A stretch of 32,000 nt of DNA from Acaryochloris thomasi RCC1774 (lineage in GTDB: Bacteria > Cyanobacteriota > Cyanobacteriia > Thermosynechococcales > Thermosynechococcaceae): the NCBI RefSeq assembly GCF_003231495.1, contig NZ_PQWO01000033.1:1-32000 (forward strand). The letters are read 5' to 3'. The notes beneath the pieces are model-generated. The model made no database searches. It saw nothing but the letters and a program-made list of their open reading frames with translations, and was not told where the DNA came from. A program made the translations under genes and the position numbers. Numbering within the stretch: position 1 is the stretch's first letter; every line of letters starts with the position of its first letter. Shown here one piece after another: positions 23,432-31,662 of this stretch.

Positions 23432-24307
23432 GTGCAGGATTTGCCCATGATTAAATCCCCACCCTTAGAATTAATTCGTGCTGCCCAGGCCAACAATCGG
23501 CGGGCGAGAGACAGAGTATTCTCTGCCTCCTATGAGTTCGTGTCGATGATCGCTCGCCAGTGGTCATTGAGATATGCATATCTCGAATTTGATGATTGCC
23601 TTCAGGCTGGTTTTGAGGGGCTACTGGTCGCCATTGAGCGGTTTGACTTTTCAAAAGGCGTCCAGTTCCATACCTATGCCAAGTGGCCGGTCTCCAACAG
23701 CATTCAAGAGCTGGAAAGGGCTGAAGCAAAACAGCAGCGAACTTACGAAAAAGCTGTCACTGCCTATAGCCAAGATTCAGCCGAACCGCTGAACTGGATA
23801 GCTGAAGCTCAAAATAACCGCAGCCTTCGCAAGCGTATCTACAAAGCGCTTAAATCTTTCTCCCGCTTAGTCCGCAAATGGCTGGTCCTGCGACTGCTGG
23901 GATACTCCTACGTCAAGATTGCTGAACGCTTCAACGTGACGCGGCATAAAGTCACTGCAATCATCAAGTCTGCGATGGGCGTCTTTCGGCAGCGGATGTT
24001 TCCAGAAGCCTATCGCTTCAAGCAGACTTTAGGTGCTCACCTGAAGCGCGGCCAGGTCAAACGCCACAAACCCGTCCCACCGCCCGCGACACCCACGCCA
24101 ATACGTGCGGTCTTCAGAAGACTGCGAACGCTTGCAAGTGGCTTGCTGGGGTCAGTGCAACAGTCGGCGCAAAAGTTTGTCCAACAGGTCGTACCTGGAG
24201 CGCGCGTCAATTCGCTGTGGTCTCTAGGAGAAGACGACGATAGCTCGTCGAGCAATCCCGCTGATGTGACATCCGTGCCAGGGTCCGGCATTCCGCCGCC
24301 TGGATAG
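23432..24307 (+). CDS. Sigma-70 family RNA polymerase sigma factor with a ~90-aa Pro/Ser-rich C-terminal extension
   Basis: Region 2: DDCLQAGFEGLLVAIERFDFSKGVQFHTYAKWPVSNSIQ. Region 4 HTH: LVLRLLGYSYVKIAERFNVTRHKVTAIIKSAMGVFRQ. Start is GTG 23432 or ATG 23447. Confidence 0.75.
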   Translation: MQDLPMIKSPPLELIRAAQANNRRARDRVFSASYEFVSMIARQWSLRYAYLEFDDCLQAGFEGLLVAIERFDFSKGVQFHTYAKWPVSNSIQELERAEAKQQRTYEKAVTAYSQDSAEPLNWIAEAQNNRSLRKRIYKALKSFSRLVRKWLVLRLLGYSYVKIAERFNVTRHKVTAIIKSAMGVFRQRMFPEAYRFKQTLGAHLKRGQVKRHKPVPPPATPTPIRAVFRRLRTLASGLLGSVQQSAQKFVQQVVPGARVNSLWSLGEDDDSSSSNPADVTSVPGSGIPPPG

Positions 24308-24363
24308 ATTGCCCATCCTCGTGTCCAAAATCAACCCAATCTTCATCACTAAAGGAAAAACTA

Positions 24364-24828
24364 ATGCTTGGTCCTCTCTACCTTCCGCATGTCATCTTTT
24401 CTGCAGTCGTCGTGTTGCTGTGGGCCTACCCGCGTATTGCGCGTCGGTTCTCCAAATACATCGCTCGGTTGACCGCCGCGATCTTTGGTTTTGTTGGTTT
24501 TACTGCCCTCACCACTGCTCCAGTCCGAGCGCAGTTTCTCAATGGTGGCCGGGAGTTTTTTACGACCTCCTTTCCTGATACGACTGAGTTAACCAACCTG
24601 TTATTTAATGTTTTGCTTGGTGTTTATGTAATCTATATCGCGGTTTCAGCCTTTCGTGTGTTCGGCGCGATGCGGTCTGAAGAGGGTGGCGAGTGGCTAG
24701 AGATTGCTAAGACGCCGCTCAAAATCATCCTCTCAATCACGGTCATTGATTCAATGATTGCCCTAGTTGTGAGCGGTGGTGGCGGTGGTGGTGGTGAATT
24801 TGCGGCTCTATTTCTGGGCCTTGGATAG
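24364..24828 (+). CDS. Exported hydrophobic protein, pilin-like (VirB2/TrbC-like), paralog 2
   Basis: 154 aa. Signal-like AAIFGFVGFTALTTAPVRAQ, then FLNGGREFFTTSFPD, then two hydrophobic helices (LLFNVLLGVYVIYIAVSAF, LKIILSITVIDSMIALVV) and a poly-Gly tail. Its stop overlaps the next start (TAGTG). Confidence 0.5.
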   Translation: MLGPLYLPHVIFSAVVVLLWAYPRIARRFSKYIARLTAAIFGFVGFTALTTAPVRAQFLNGGREFFTTSFPDTTELTNLLFNVLLGVYVIYIAVSAFRVFGAMRSEEGGEWLEIAKTPLKIILSITVIDSMIALVVSGGGGGGGEFAALFLGLG

Positions 24829-25193
24829 TGAGCAAATATCCCCTCACGGTCAAGAAAGCCCTAGGGAAGAAAGCTTCTATGGGGCCAATCCCGGCAGATA
24901 TGGTGATTCCAACGATTGTGGGTGCCATCCTCTCACTGATGGCGAGAGGGGCTTTCAATCTAGATTGGCCGGTCGCCATGATCTTGTGCGCCCTGACCTT
25001 CGTGTTCTACTTCTTTCTAGTCGGTCAAAAGAGCTGGAAGTTCTACAGCTTGTTTATCGATGTCCCCACCCTGATTCGGATTGCCCCACGATACTTGAGT
25101 CCAAGTAGCTATGAAAGAAACAAAAAAAAGGCGGAAACTGGCCGGACTAAAGGGAAGGGTTCTCGGCGCAGAAGACAGCCTAAACGTCGCTGA
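24828..25193 (+). CDS. VirB3/TrbD-like small inner-membrane protein
   Basis: 121 aa with a GTG start overlapping the upstream TAG. Two TM helices: MVIPTIVGAILSLMA, VAMILCALTFVFYFFLV. Its position immediately upstream of the VirB4-like ATPase fits. The basic tail is encoded in the 83-nt overlap. Confidence 0.45.
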   Translation: MSKYPLTVKKALGKKASMGPIPADMVIPTIVGAILSLMARGAFNLDWPVAMILCALTFVFYFFLVGQKSWKFYSLFIDVPTLIRIAPRYLSPSSYERNKKKAETGRTKGKGSRRRRQPKRR

Positions 25194-27918
25194 GATCGTC
25201 GATTACCGGATGGGTGATCACGAGTTTGGTGCCTATCAGCTCCATAAGCGTGACAACGTAAAGAACACAGACACCTATCAACTGGTGTTTGGCTTTGAAG
25301 TGAGCGGTATTCATAGCTTCGCTTCCCCCGAATCGCTAGAGAAAGATATCAATGACCTCTGCGACGGCCTCAAAGCTGCCCCTCAGGGCGAGAGCCTAAC
25401 CCTGAGGCTGACCACAGAGTCAAATTGCGATCGCCGCAGGAATCAGCTAAAGAAACTGATTGCTGCGGCCTCGTCACCCGAGCTGCAGTATCTGCTGCAG
25501 GCTGAGCTGAACAGGCTGCAGCAGATCTCTGATAAGGGCGTTCGTCAACCCAAAACCCTGAGAGCCTACTGCACCTACAGCCCTTTCCAAGTCGCGGCTC
25601 AGCAAGACTGGTACTCCAAACTGTCCGTTCAACTGATGGGGATTTGGGATAAATGCACCGATCAGGTCCAGCTCAAAGCTCAACAAGCTTTTGAAGAACT
25701 CTACGCAGACGGCTATGCCAATGGGTTCATGGACTGGTTGATTTATTTTGAGAAGCAACTAGAGCTAGCCGTGACGCCGTTGAGCGCTGATGATCTTTGG
25801 GAGGATCTATGGAGCCGGTTCAACCAATCTGAAGCGCCAGCTCTGCCCCAGCGCATCATCTTCACTCCAGAAGGGATTGAAGAAAAGTATCACTCTCAGC
25901 AGCACTTCACCGGCCACCTGTTCAAAGAAGGTGTGCCCGACTTTGACCGCCGTTGGATTCGCAATAAAGGCCAGTTTACCGGCGTCCTAGTCTTTCAGGA
26001 GAAGCCCTACGGCTGGGCAACCGCTCGTCAGCAGCTCCGCTATCTCTGGGATGCGATGACGGCTGACGACTGGCATGACGCGGAAGTGATTACCGAGCTG
26101 CGACCGGCCAATCAGAAGCGGGCGCTGCAGGGTGCCACAGAGCTTGCCAAGGGTGCCAATCGAGAGGTTAATAATGCCGATGGCAAGAATAAAGTCAATC
26201 GCGTCGCTGATAAGAGTAAAGATGCCGCCATTGGTGCCACGGATGCCCTGCTAGATGGTGAAGCGGCCTATTACGTCTCCACTGTCTTTCTCGTGCATCG
26301 CAAAACGCCACGCCAGCTCGATATGGCCTGCGACAAGCTCTCGAAGATGTTTCGCGCCCCGGCAGAAGTGGAGCGAGAGGAGCAGGTGGCATGGCGGCTG
26401 TGGTTGGATGCCCTGCCGGTGGTGATGCGGACGATGCTTGCCCAGGTGCCCACCGATAGACGGAGCATGTACTTCAGCAGTGAGGTTCCGGGACTTGCGC
26501 CGCTGCTGCGGACTCGAACGCCAGCATATAGCGGTTATGAGTTTATCGCTGAATGCGGGACGCCGATTTATGTGGACCTGTATAAGCAGCATCAGCACAT
26601 GGGGTTCTTTGCAACCCAGCGCGGGGGTAAGTCTGTGACCATCGGCGGCATTCTGACCCACGGGTTAGCCCACGGTATTCCCACCGTTATCCTGGACTAC
26701 CCGAAAGGCAATGGTTCTAGCACTTACAAGTATTATGCTGCCTTCATGCCAGAGGTGGAGTACTTTGATATTGGCGAAGAGTCCAACAACATCTTTGAGT
26801 GTCCTGATTGGCGATTTCTTCCCAGAGAGAAGCAAAAGCAACGCTTTAGTAGCTTCCGCGACTTCCTAGAAGGTGCCCTGCTGCTGCTGATCAATAGCGG
26901 CAGTCAGGATAAAAATCTAACGATGAACCTGCGAACCATCTTTGGGATGGCGCTCAACGAGTTTTTCTCAGACCCTGGCATCCAGGCGCGTTATCAAAAG
27001 GCTTTAGATGGCGGTTTTGGTTCAGCAGACTGGGGAGAAATGCCAACGCTGCGGGACTTCAAGGCATTTTGCTCGAAGGCACGTCTACCTGAGATTAAGG
27101 GCAACACGGAGGACGTTGACAAGGCGCTGGGGCTGATCAACCAGCGGCTTGAATACTGGCTCAACAGCTCAGTGGGTAAAGCCATTAGTCAGCCATCGAG
27201 TTTCCGTACGGATGCGAAGATGATTGTCTTTGCCCTGCGGAATCTGGGGACAGAAGAGGATGCTGCTGTCCTGGCCCTGTCAGCCTATGCTGCTGCCCTA
27301 AGGCGATCGCTCGAACATGACAAGAGTATCTTCTTCATTGATGAAAGCCCGATTCTGTTTAAGTTTGAAGCCATTGCCCGGTTGATTGCGACTTTGACGG
27401 CCAACGGCGGTAAGTCAGGTATTCGGGTGCTTCTGTCGGCCCAGGATGTCGATAGCATTGGTGAGAGTCCTGTGGGGTCTCAGATCCTGCAGAACCTGAC
27501 GATAGTGATGATTGGGTTCATCAAAGCCAGTGCTGTTAACTCGTTCGTTAAATACCTGGGCTACCCGGAAGCGTTAATCCGAGGCAACACGAAATTTAAG
27601 CTCAATGCCAATGATCTCTATTCTCGTTGGCTGATAGTCGATGATACGGCCAAGACGAAGGTGCGCCACTATGACACGCCGGAACGGTTAGCCCTGCTTG
27701 CGAACAACCCTGATGAGGAGCGCAAGCGTGATGAAGTGTTTGCCGCTGTCCCTGATAAGTATCAAGCCTTAGAGCTGTTTACAGGGCTACTGGTGGAGTC
27801 CATCAAGACGGGGCAGAAGTTCTACGAGGATGAGGCAGAGGCCAAGCCTGAAGCCCTGCCCCAGGTCGAAGAGCGCCCGCTGTTGTTAGCTGGCAACTTT
27901 ACCGATGATGCGGCGTAG
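25111..27918 (+). CDS. VirB4/TrbE-family type IV secretion ATPase (divergent)
   Basis: 935 aa. Walker A: ATQRGGKSV (AxxxxGKS). Walker B: SIFFIDESPILF. Also RVLLSAQDVDSI (the tQ..D motif of VirB4-type ATPases). Size and flanking small membrane genes fit the VirB2-B3-B4 order. ATG 25111 is the only canonical start upstream of the conserved N-terminal region. Confidence 0.7.
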   Translation: MKETKKRRKLAGLKGRVLGAEDSLNVAEIVDYRMGDHEFGAYQLHKRDNVKNTDTYQLVFGFEVSGIHSFASPESLEKDINDLCDGLKAAPQGESLTLRLTTESNCDRRRNQLKKLIAAASSPELQYLLQAELNRLQQISDKGVRQPKTLRAYCTYSPFQVAAQQDWYSKLSVQLMGIWDKCTDQVQLKAQQAFEELYADGYANGFMDWLIYFEKQLELAVTPLSADDLWEDLWSRFNQSEAPALPQRIIFTPEGIEEKYHSQQHFTGHLFKEGVPDFDRRWIRNKGQFTGVLVFQEKPYGWATARQQLRYLWDAMTADDWHDAEVITELRPANQKRALQGATELAKGANREVNNADGKNKVNRVADKSKDAAIGATDALLDGEAAYYVSTVFLVHRKTPRQLDMACDKLSKMFRAPAEVEREEQVAWRLWLDALPVVMRTMLAQVPTDRRSMYFSSEVPGLAPLLRTRTPAYSGYEFIAECGTPIYVDLYKQHQHMGFFATQRGGKSVTIGGILTHGLAHGIPTVILDYPKGNGSSTYKYYAAFMPEVEYFDIGEESNNIFECPDWRFLPREKQKQRFSSFRDFLEGALLLLINSGSQDKNLTMNLRTIFGMALNEFFSDPGIQARYQKALDGGFGSADWGEMPTLRDFKAFCSKARLPEIKGNTEDVDKALGLINQRLEYWLNSSVGKAISQPSSFRTDAKMIVFALRNLGTEEDAAVLALSAYAAALRRSLEHDKSIFFIDESPILFKFEAIARLIATLTANGGKSGIRVLLSAQDVDSIGESPVGSQILQNLTIVMIGFIKASAVNSFVKYLGYPEALIRGNTKFKLNANDLYSRWLIVDDTAKTKVRHYDTPERLALLANNPDEERKRDEVFAAVPDKYQALELFTGLLVESIKTGQKFYEDEAEAKPEALPQVEERPLLLAGNFTDDAA

Positions 27919-27981
27919 GAACAGCTTTCGATGGCTTTTGCAATAGGTAAGTGGACGTCCACTTATTTTGGAGAACTCCAA

Positions 27982-28752
27982 ATGAAACGAATTAAGAAAC
28001 TCGCGCTCATTGGTGCGATCGCTATCCCTGTAACGCTGGGGGTGGGGCAAAATGCCAAGGCTCAAGACTTCTTTGGTTCTGTTATTAGCGGCTTTGGTGA
28101 GGAAGTTGGCGGCATTGGCGGCGGCATTTTTAGAGGTGCTTTTACTGCGGTCACTGGCTTTGAAACACCCCAGCTCTTTGCCCAAGATATGTTTTCTAGC
28201 ATCCTTGGCAAGGAGAAACTAGACCTCCCTATTGCCAGCAACGTTGAAGAGCATGTCGGTGAGCTGGGGAGTGTTGACCTTCAGAGTGCGGCTGAAGCGA
28301 GTCAAGATAGCCTCCAGGGGCTGATCGAAGACAACACTGGAATCATGTCCAATATGGCTGCTAAGGCTCAGGGCCAGTCCTTCCAACGTGCCGCTATTCA
28401 GGCGAGTGCTCAAAATACACTCTCTCAGGAGGCCCAGACTGCAGCAAGGTCTAGCATCGAGAGTACTGGTGAAACGAATGCGAAGCAGGCAGAAGCTCTC
28501 AGTGACGTGATGCAGTTTACGGTCACCCAAGACATTGCCAAGTATCAGGCGGTTCTCAACCAAGCCCAGAACAACATCTTGGGCGATATCAAGGCGGGGC
28601 AGATTACCTCAGCTCAGTCTGATGCTCAGACCAATCAACTGCTATCGAATATCGATGGTTCGCTGGCGGAGATTAAGAATCAGGGTTCAGATTCAAATGC
28701 AGGTGCTATTGCTAGCTTGAGTGCGAGTAAAGGTGCATTGAATCTTTTCTAG
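27982..28752 (+). CDS. Secreted Gly-rich then Gln/Ala/Ser-rich protein (VirB5-position candidate)
   Basis: GGAG 8 nt upstream of the ATG at 27982. Signal peptide MKRIKKLALIGAIAIPVTLGVGQNAKAQ. The remainder is helical and Q/A/S-rich. The ORF is open from 27931. Confidence 0.5.
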   Translation: MKRIKKLALIGAIAIPVTLGVGQNAKAQDFFGSVISGFGEEVGGIGGGIFRGAFTAVTGFETPQLFAQDMFSSILGKEKLDLPIASNVEEHVGELGSVDLQSAAEASQDSLQGLIEDNTGIMSNMAAKAQGQSFQRAAIQASAQNTLSQEAQTAARSSIESTGETNAKQAEALSDVMQFTVTQDIAKYQAVLNQAQNNILGDIKAGQITSAQSDAQTNQLLSNIDGSLAEIKNQGSDSNAGAIASLSASKGALNLF

Positions 28753-28780
28753 ATGAGTAATCGTTAAAGCCTCTGTGGAG

Positions 28781-28812
28781 TTGTTGTGCCTCTGTTTTCA
28801 GGGGCACAACAA
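28781..28812 (+). other. Stem-loop TTGTTGTGCCTC / GGGGCACAACAA (12 bp including one G-U pair), 8-nt loop
   Basis: Read directly. It begins 29 nt after the stop at 28752. No U-tract follows. Confidence 0.3.
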
Positions 28813-28820
28813 GATGAAAT

Positions 28821-29249
28821 ATGTATAAAAAAAAGGGATCAATCTTTAGTTCCCCATTAGGGAGATCTAGATCTTCTCAAGCATATAGGGAGAGAGCCAC
28901 CGATATGTTGCTTTCGGAGATGTCGCGAGTTTCGCCTGACTCTCCTGCTTATGAGAAGTTGCTCGAACAGTTAAAGCGACTTTCAAAGGATGAATCAAAT
29001 TCTGAGGACGAACTTCGCAGGCAAAGGCTAAATAAGAGACTTCAGGCAATCTCTCATATCAATCAAATGCCTGTATGGTTTCAAGTAATATTTATTCTCT
29101 CACTATTGTATTTGATCGTTCTGTTCATTGATGCTTCAGGTTTTTGGTTTGGCTACGATTTCCTCAATAACAATCCACCACCTGTTCAATCAAGCCTAAT
29201 GCGTACTCCTGATTATCGATATATCCAACAAGCCCCGAGTATTCCATAA
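28821..29249 (+). CDS. Bitopic membrane protein, unknown function
   Basis: 142 aa. The N-terminal half is charged and coiled (EKLLEQLKRLSKDESNSEDELRRQRLNKRLQ). Single TM: VWFQVIFILSLLYLIVLFI. Its stop overlaps the next start (TAATG). Confidence 0.5.
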   Translation: MYKKKGSIFSSPLGRSRSSQAYRERATDMLLSEMSRVSPDSPAYEKLLEQLKRLSKDESNSEDELRRQRLNKRLQAISHINQMPVWFQVIFILSLLYLIVLFIDASGFWFGYDFLNNNPPPVQSSLMRTPDYRYIQQAPSIP

Positions 29250-30463
29250 TGTTGAATCTTTTTCGCATACCAGAAGATCAACTATTCGATGTGAAGCCTT
29301 CTGAGTATATTGATCAGCCAAAAGCTGTGTGGCGTAACTATCACAATCGCAAGTTATTTATCAATCTACTTTTGCTGAGTCTGGTTGCATTGATCCTGAT
29401 GTTTCTGCCGCATCAAGCTGTGGCACAGGTTCCTGATAGTCCTATTGAGTTGCTCGTGAATTCGGGCATAGCAATCCAAGAAGCTATCTCCGATTCAGTT
29501 GAAGAGGCGTGGATGGAGCAACTGCCCCTGTTTATGCTGATTCTCAATCAGTTAGCAATAGGAATTGCGGTGATTTCTATTATTTTCCTTGGCCTTGAAT
29601 TAGTTCAGGAGCAAAGAGAGTGGGGGTATTTTACTTGGCAGCGCATAGTTATACCCTTGGTGATGATCGGCCTTGTTGGTAATGTCAGCTTTATGTCTGA
29701 TGTTGCGTTCGGACTGCGAAATGAACTCAACCAGCTCAGCGTGAATGCTTATACAACCTTAGGTGTCATAGATCTTATTGACGAGGCGCGGAATGCGGAT
29801 GCGTTGCCTAAGATTCTGTCAGACGTATGGGCAGAGTGTCGAGCCGCTGATCAAGCGTTGAGTGGGGCATGTATTGAGGATGCAATTAGCAATTCGAATG
29901 AGATCATTGATATAGAAAATCGATCATTCCCTGGTGCGGGTTGGGTAGATCATTACAGAAATATTTTGACTGAGATTGGTGATAACTTTACGGATGGAGA
30001 CTTCAATCCCTTAATCACAATTCCTGAATTATTGCGGGACGTTCAGTTTGCACTTATAAGTCCCGCAATAATTAATCTGTTCACAATCTTTGCTACGGGT
30101 GTTCAGAGTGCAGCTCAGATGCTGATTGAGCTTGTTCTTTTCCTGACAGCAATGCTTCTTCCTCTGGCTGTAGCTCGGTCTATATCTGAGGGCTTTGACC
30201 CGCTTTTAGGCTGGTTTATGAAGATGCTCGAATTTGCGATGGTGAAGTTCTTTTTGACGATCCTTATAGGGTTGGCGAGTATCATCTATCTTGATGCTGG
30301 TGGAGTAGGGGGTGCTCTGTGGTTTCCCATGCTGACTGGGATTCTAAGCCCTATCCTTGCCTTCTCTCTCGCTTCAGGAGGTGGATCGTCGATCGTTCAG
30401 TCTGTCCTTGGGGCTGTAGGTGCGGTTGCTGGCATTGCCTATAAGGGCTTCAAGCTCAAATAG
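29249..30463 (+). CDS. Polytopic membrane protein, VirB6/TrbL-like by architecture and position
   Basis: 404 aa with at least 6 hydrophobic helices (LFINLLLLSLVALILMF, LFMLILNQLAIGIAVISIIFLGL, IVIPLVMIGLVGNVSF, IINLFTIFATGVQSAAQMLIELVLFLTAMLLPLAV, FFLTILIGLASIIYL, LWFPMLTGILSPILAFSL). It has a central soluble loop and a Gly-rich tail. Confidence 0.45.
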   Translation: MLNLFRIPEDQLFDVKPSEYIDQPKAVWRNYHNRKLFINLLLLSLVALILMFLPHQAVAQVPDSPIELLVNSGIAIQEAISDSVEEAWMEQLPLFMLILNQLAIGIAVISIIFLGLELVQEQREWGYFTWQRIVIPLVMIGLVGNVSFMSDVAFGLRNELNQLSVNAYTTLGVIDLIDEARNADALPKILSDVWAECRAADQALSGACIEDAISNSNEIIDIENRSFPGAGWVDHYRNILTEIGDNFTDGDFNPLITIPELLRDVQFALISPAIINLFTIFATGVQSAAQMLIELVLFLTAMLLPLAVARSISEGFDPLLGWFMKMLEFAMVKFFLTILIGLASIIYLDAGGVGGALWFPMLTGILSPILAFSLASGGGSSIVQSVLGAVGAVAGIAYKGFKLK

Positions 30464-30950
30464 GTAATACCCATCGTCTCTTATCTTTGTCATAAGAAGG
30501 TAAGGGTGCGGCCTTATTGCTCTCAAGAATACCGGGATGGTCTGGATTCCTCTTTTCCCATTGCCGTTTATCTAGGTATTCGAGAAATATGGCATCTTTT
30601 GTTTCTCGTGGTACTTTGCCTATTGCGTATGCTTTTTCTGTTTCTACGATCTTCCAACGTCGGGCAGGGCTGCACATTATCTCCTGGGCATTTCTTTCGT
30701 GGCCGCCGCTTACGCTTCCTCGTCTGCATTTGTCTTCAATACTGATATCTGGATTCTTAAGATATCTAAAGTCATTGCTGGCCCAATTTGCCGCTTTAGA
30801 TGCCTGCCTCCCAGGGTAAGCGTTCACGTATGCAAGCATAATTAACCCTAGGGTCACGCCAGGGACTGTGAACAGAATTTGCGCAAAATGAAAAACCAGT
30901 TTTCCTGTAAAGTACCCTAGTGCAAAATTGTCGAATCCCTTATTATTCAT
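30456..30950 (-). CDS. Membrane-anchored hypothetical protein
   Basis: ATG at 30950 with GAGG 7 nt upstream. N-terminal hydrophobic segment LVFHFAQILFTVPGVTLGLIMLAYV, then a charged soluble domain. It is convergent with the VirB6-like gene and overlaps it by 8 nt. Confidence 0.5.
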   Translation of the reverse strand: MNNKGFDNFALGYFTGKLVFHFAQILFTVPGVTLGLIMLAYVNAYPGRQASKAANWASNDFRYLKNPDISIEDKCRRGSVSGGHERNAQEIMCSPARRWKIVETEKAYAIGKVPRETKDAIFLEYLDKRQWEKRNPDHPGILESNKAAPLPSYDKDKRRWVLPI

Positions 30951-31013
30951 TAATGACCTCAATGCTTATTTACAACTTATGACATTGACGTGATTTTGTT
31001 CCTGGAGATTTTG

Positions 31014-31619
31014 ATGCTAAGAAGAATTCTGGCTGCAATGGCGGTAGTTCCATTTCTCCTTTTTTCAGCTCCTCTCAAGGCTGAAGAAGCCACCAAGTTA
31101 CCCATTGGTCTGCAGCTCTATATGCAAGCGCAGAAAAAAGTCTCCGTACAAGAGTATGATGATGCGATCTTATTGTTCTTGCAATCTGTGGATGCCTCGG
31201 AGACAAATGAGTTAAAACGTCTAGCTGCTACTGGCGTCTTAAATTCTCATCTTGCTGCAGGATTCTATTTCCAAGAGGCTCCTGATAAAGTTGTTTATCA
31301 TTTGACAGAAGCCCTGAAGCTTAAGCCGACCGTCAGTAGAGCATGGTCTAGGAAGGGACAGGCTCATTGTAAGTTGAAGCAATACCAAGACTGCGATGAT
31401 GCTTTGACGATGGCAATTGAGCACTCTCCAATCGAGTATCGGCACCATTTGATCTGGCAACGAGCTGTAACACGTCACGTAGACATGAATCGTCCTCAAC
31501 TCGCCGCCAAGGACTTTGTTGCAGCTACTAAGCAGGCGCAAGCCTATGGTGATACAAAAATGGTAACTGCGTTTTTAACGTCTGCCAAAGCTTTCGGATA
31601 CAACATCACACGCCCCTAG
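31014..31619 (+). CDS. Secreted TPR-repeat protein
   Basis: ATG at 31014 with GGAG 7 nt upstream. Signal peptide MLRRILAAMAVVPFLLFSAPLKAEE. TPR-like units: VSVQEYDDAILLFLQSV, AWSRKGQAHCKLKQYQDCDDALTMAIEHSP. Confidence 0.6.
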   Translation: MLRRILAAMAVVPFLLFSAPLKAEEATKLPIGLQLYMQAQKKVSVQEYDDAILLFLQSVDASETNELKRLAATGVLNSHLAAGFYFQEAPDKVVYHLTEALKLKPTVSRAWSRKGQAHCKLKQYQDCDDALTMAIEHSPIEYRHHLIWQRAVTRHVDMNRPQLAAKDFVAATKQAQAYGDTKMVTAFLTSAKAFGYNITRP

Positions 31620-31662
31620 CTCTCCACTCCGATGCACCCGATCGCAATTCCACCGACCAGTC

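Noticed and set aside
24309-24578. 89-aa plus-strand ORF overlapping the second pilin-like gene. The same applies to 24743..24979(-) and 24776..25108(+).
   Set aside because: They are alternative frames. The chosen frames give coherent signal-peptide and TM architectures and coupled stop/start junctions.
26195-26661. Three minus-strand and one plus-strand ORFs inside the VirB4-like gene.
   Set aside because: They are Arg/Pro/His-rich shadows of a GC-rich coding region. The VirB4-like frame carries the Walker motifs.
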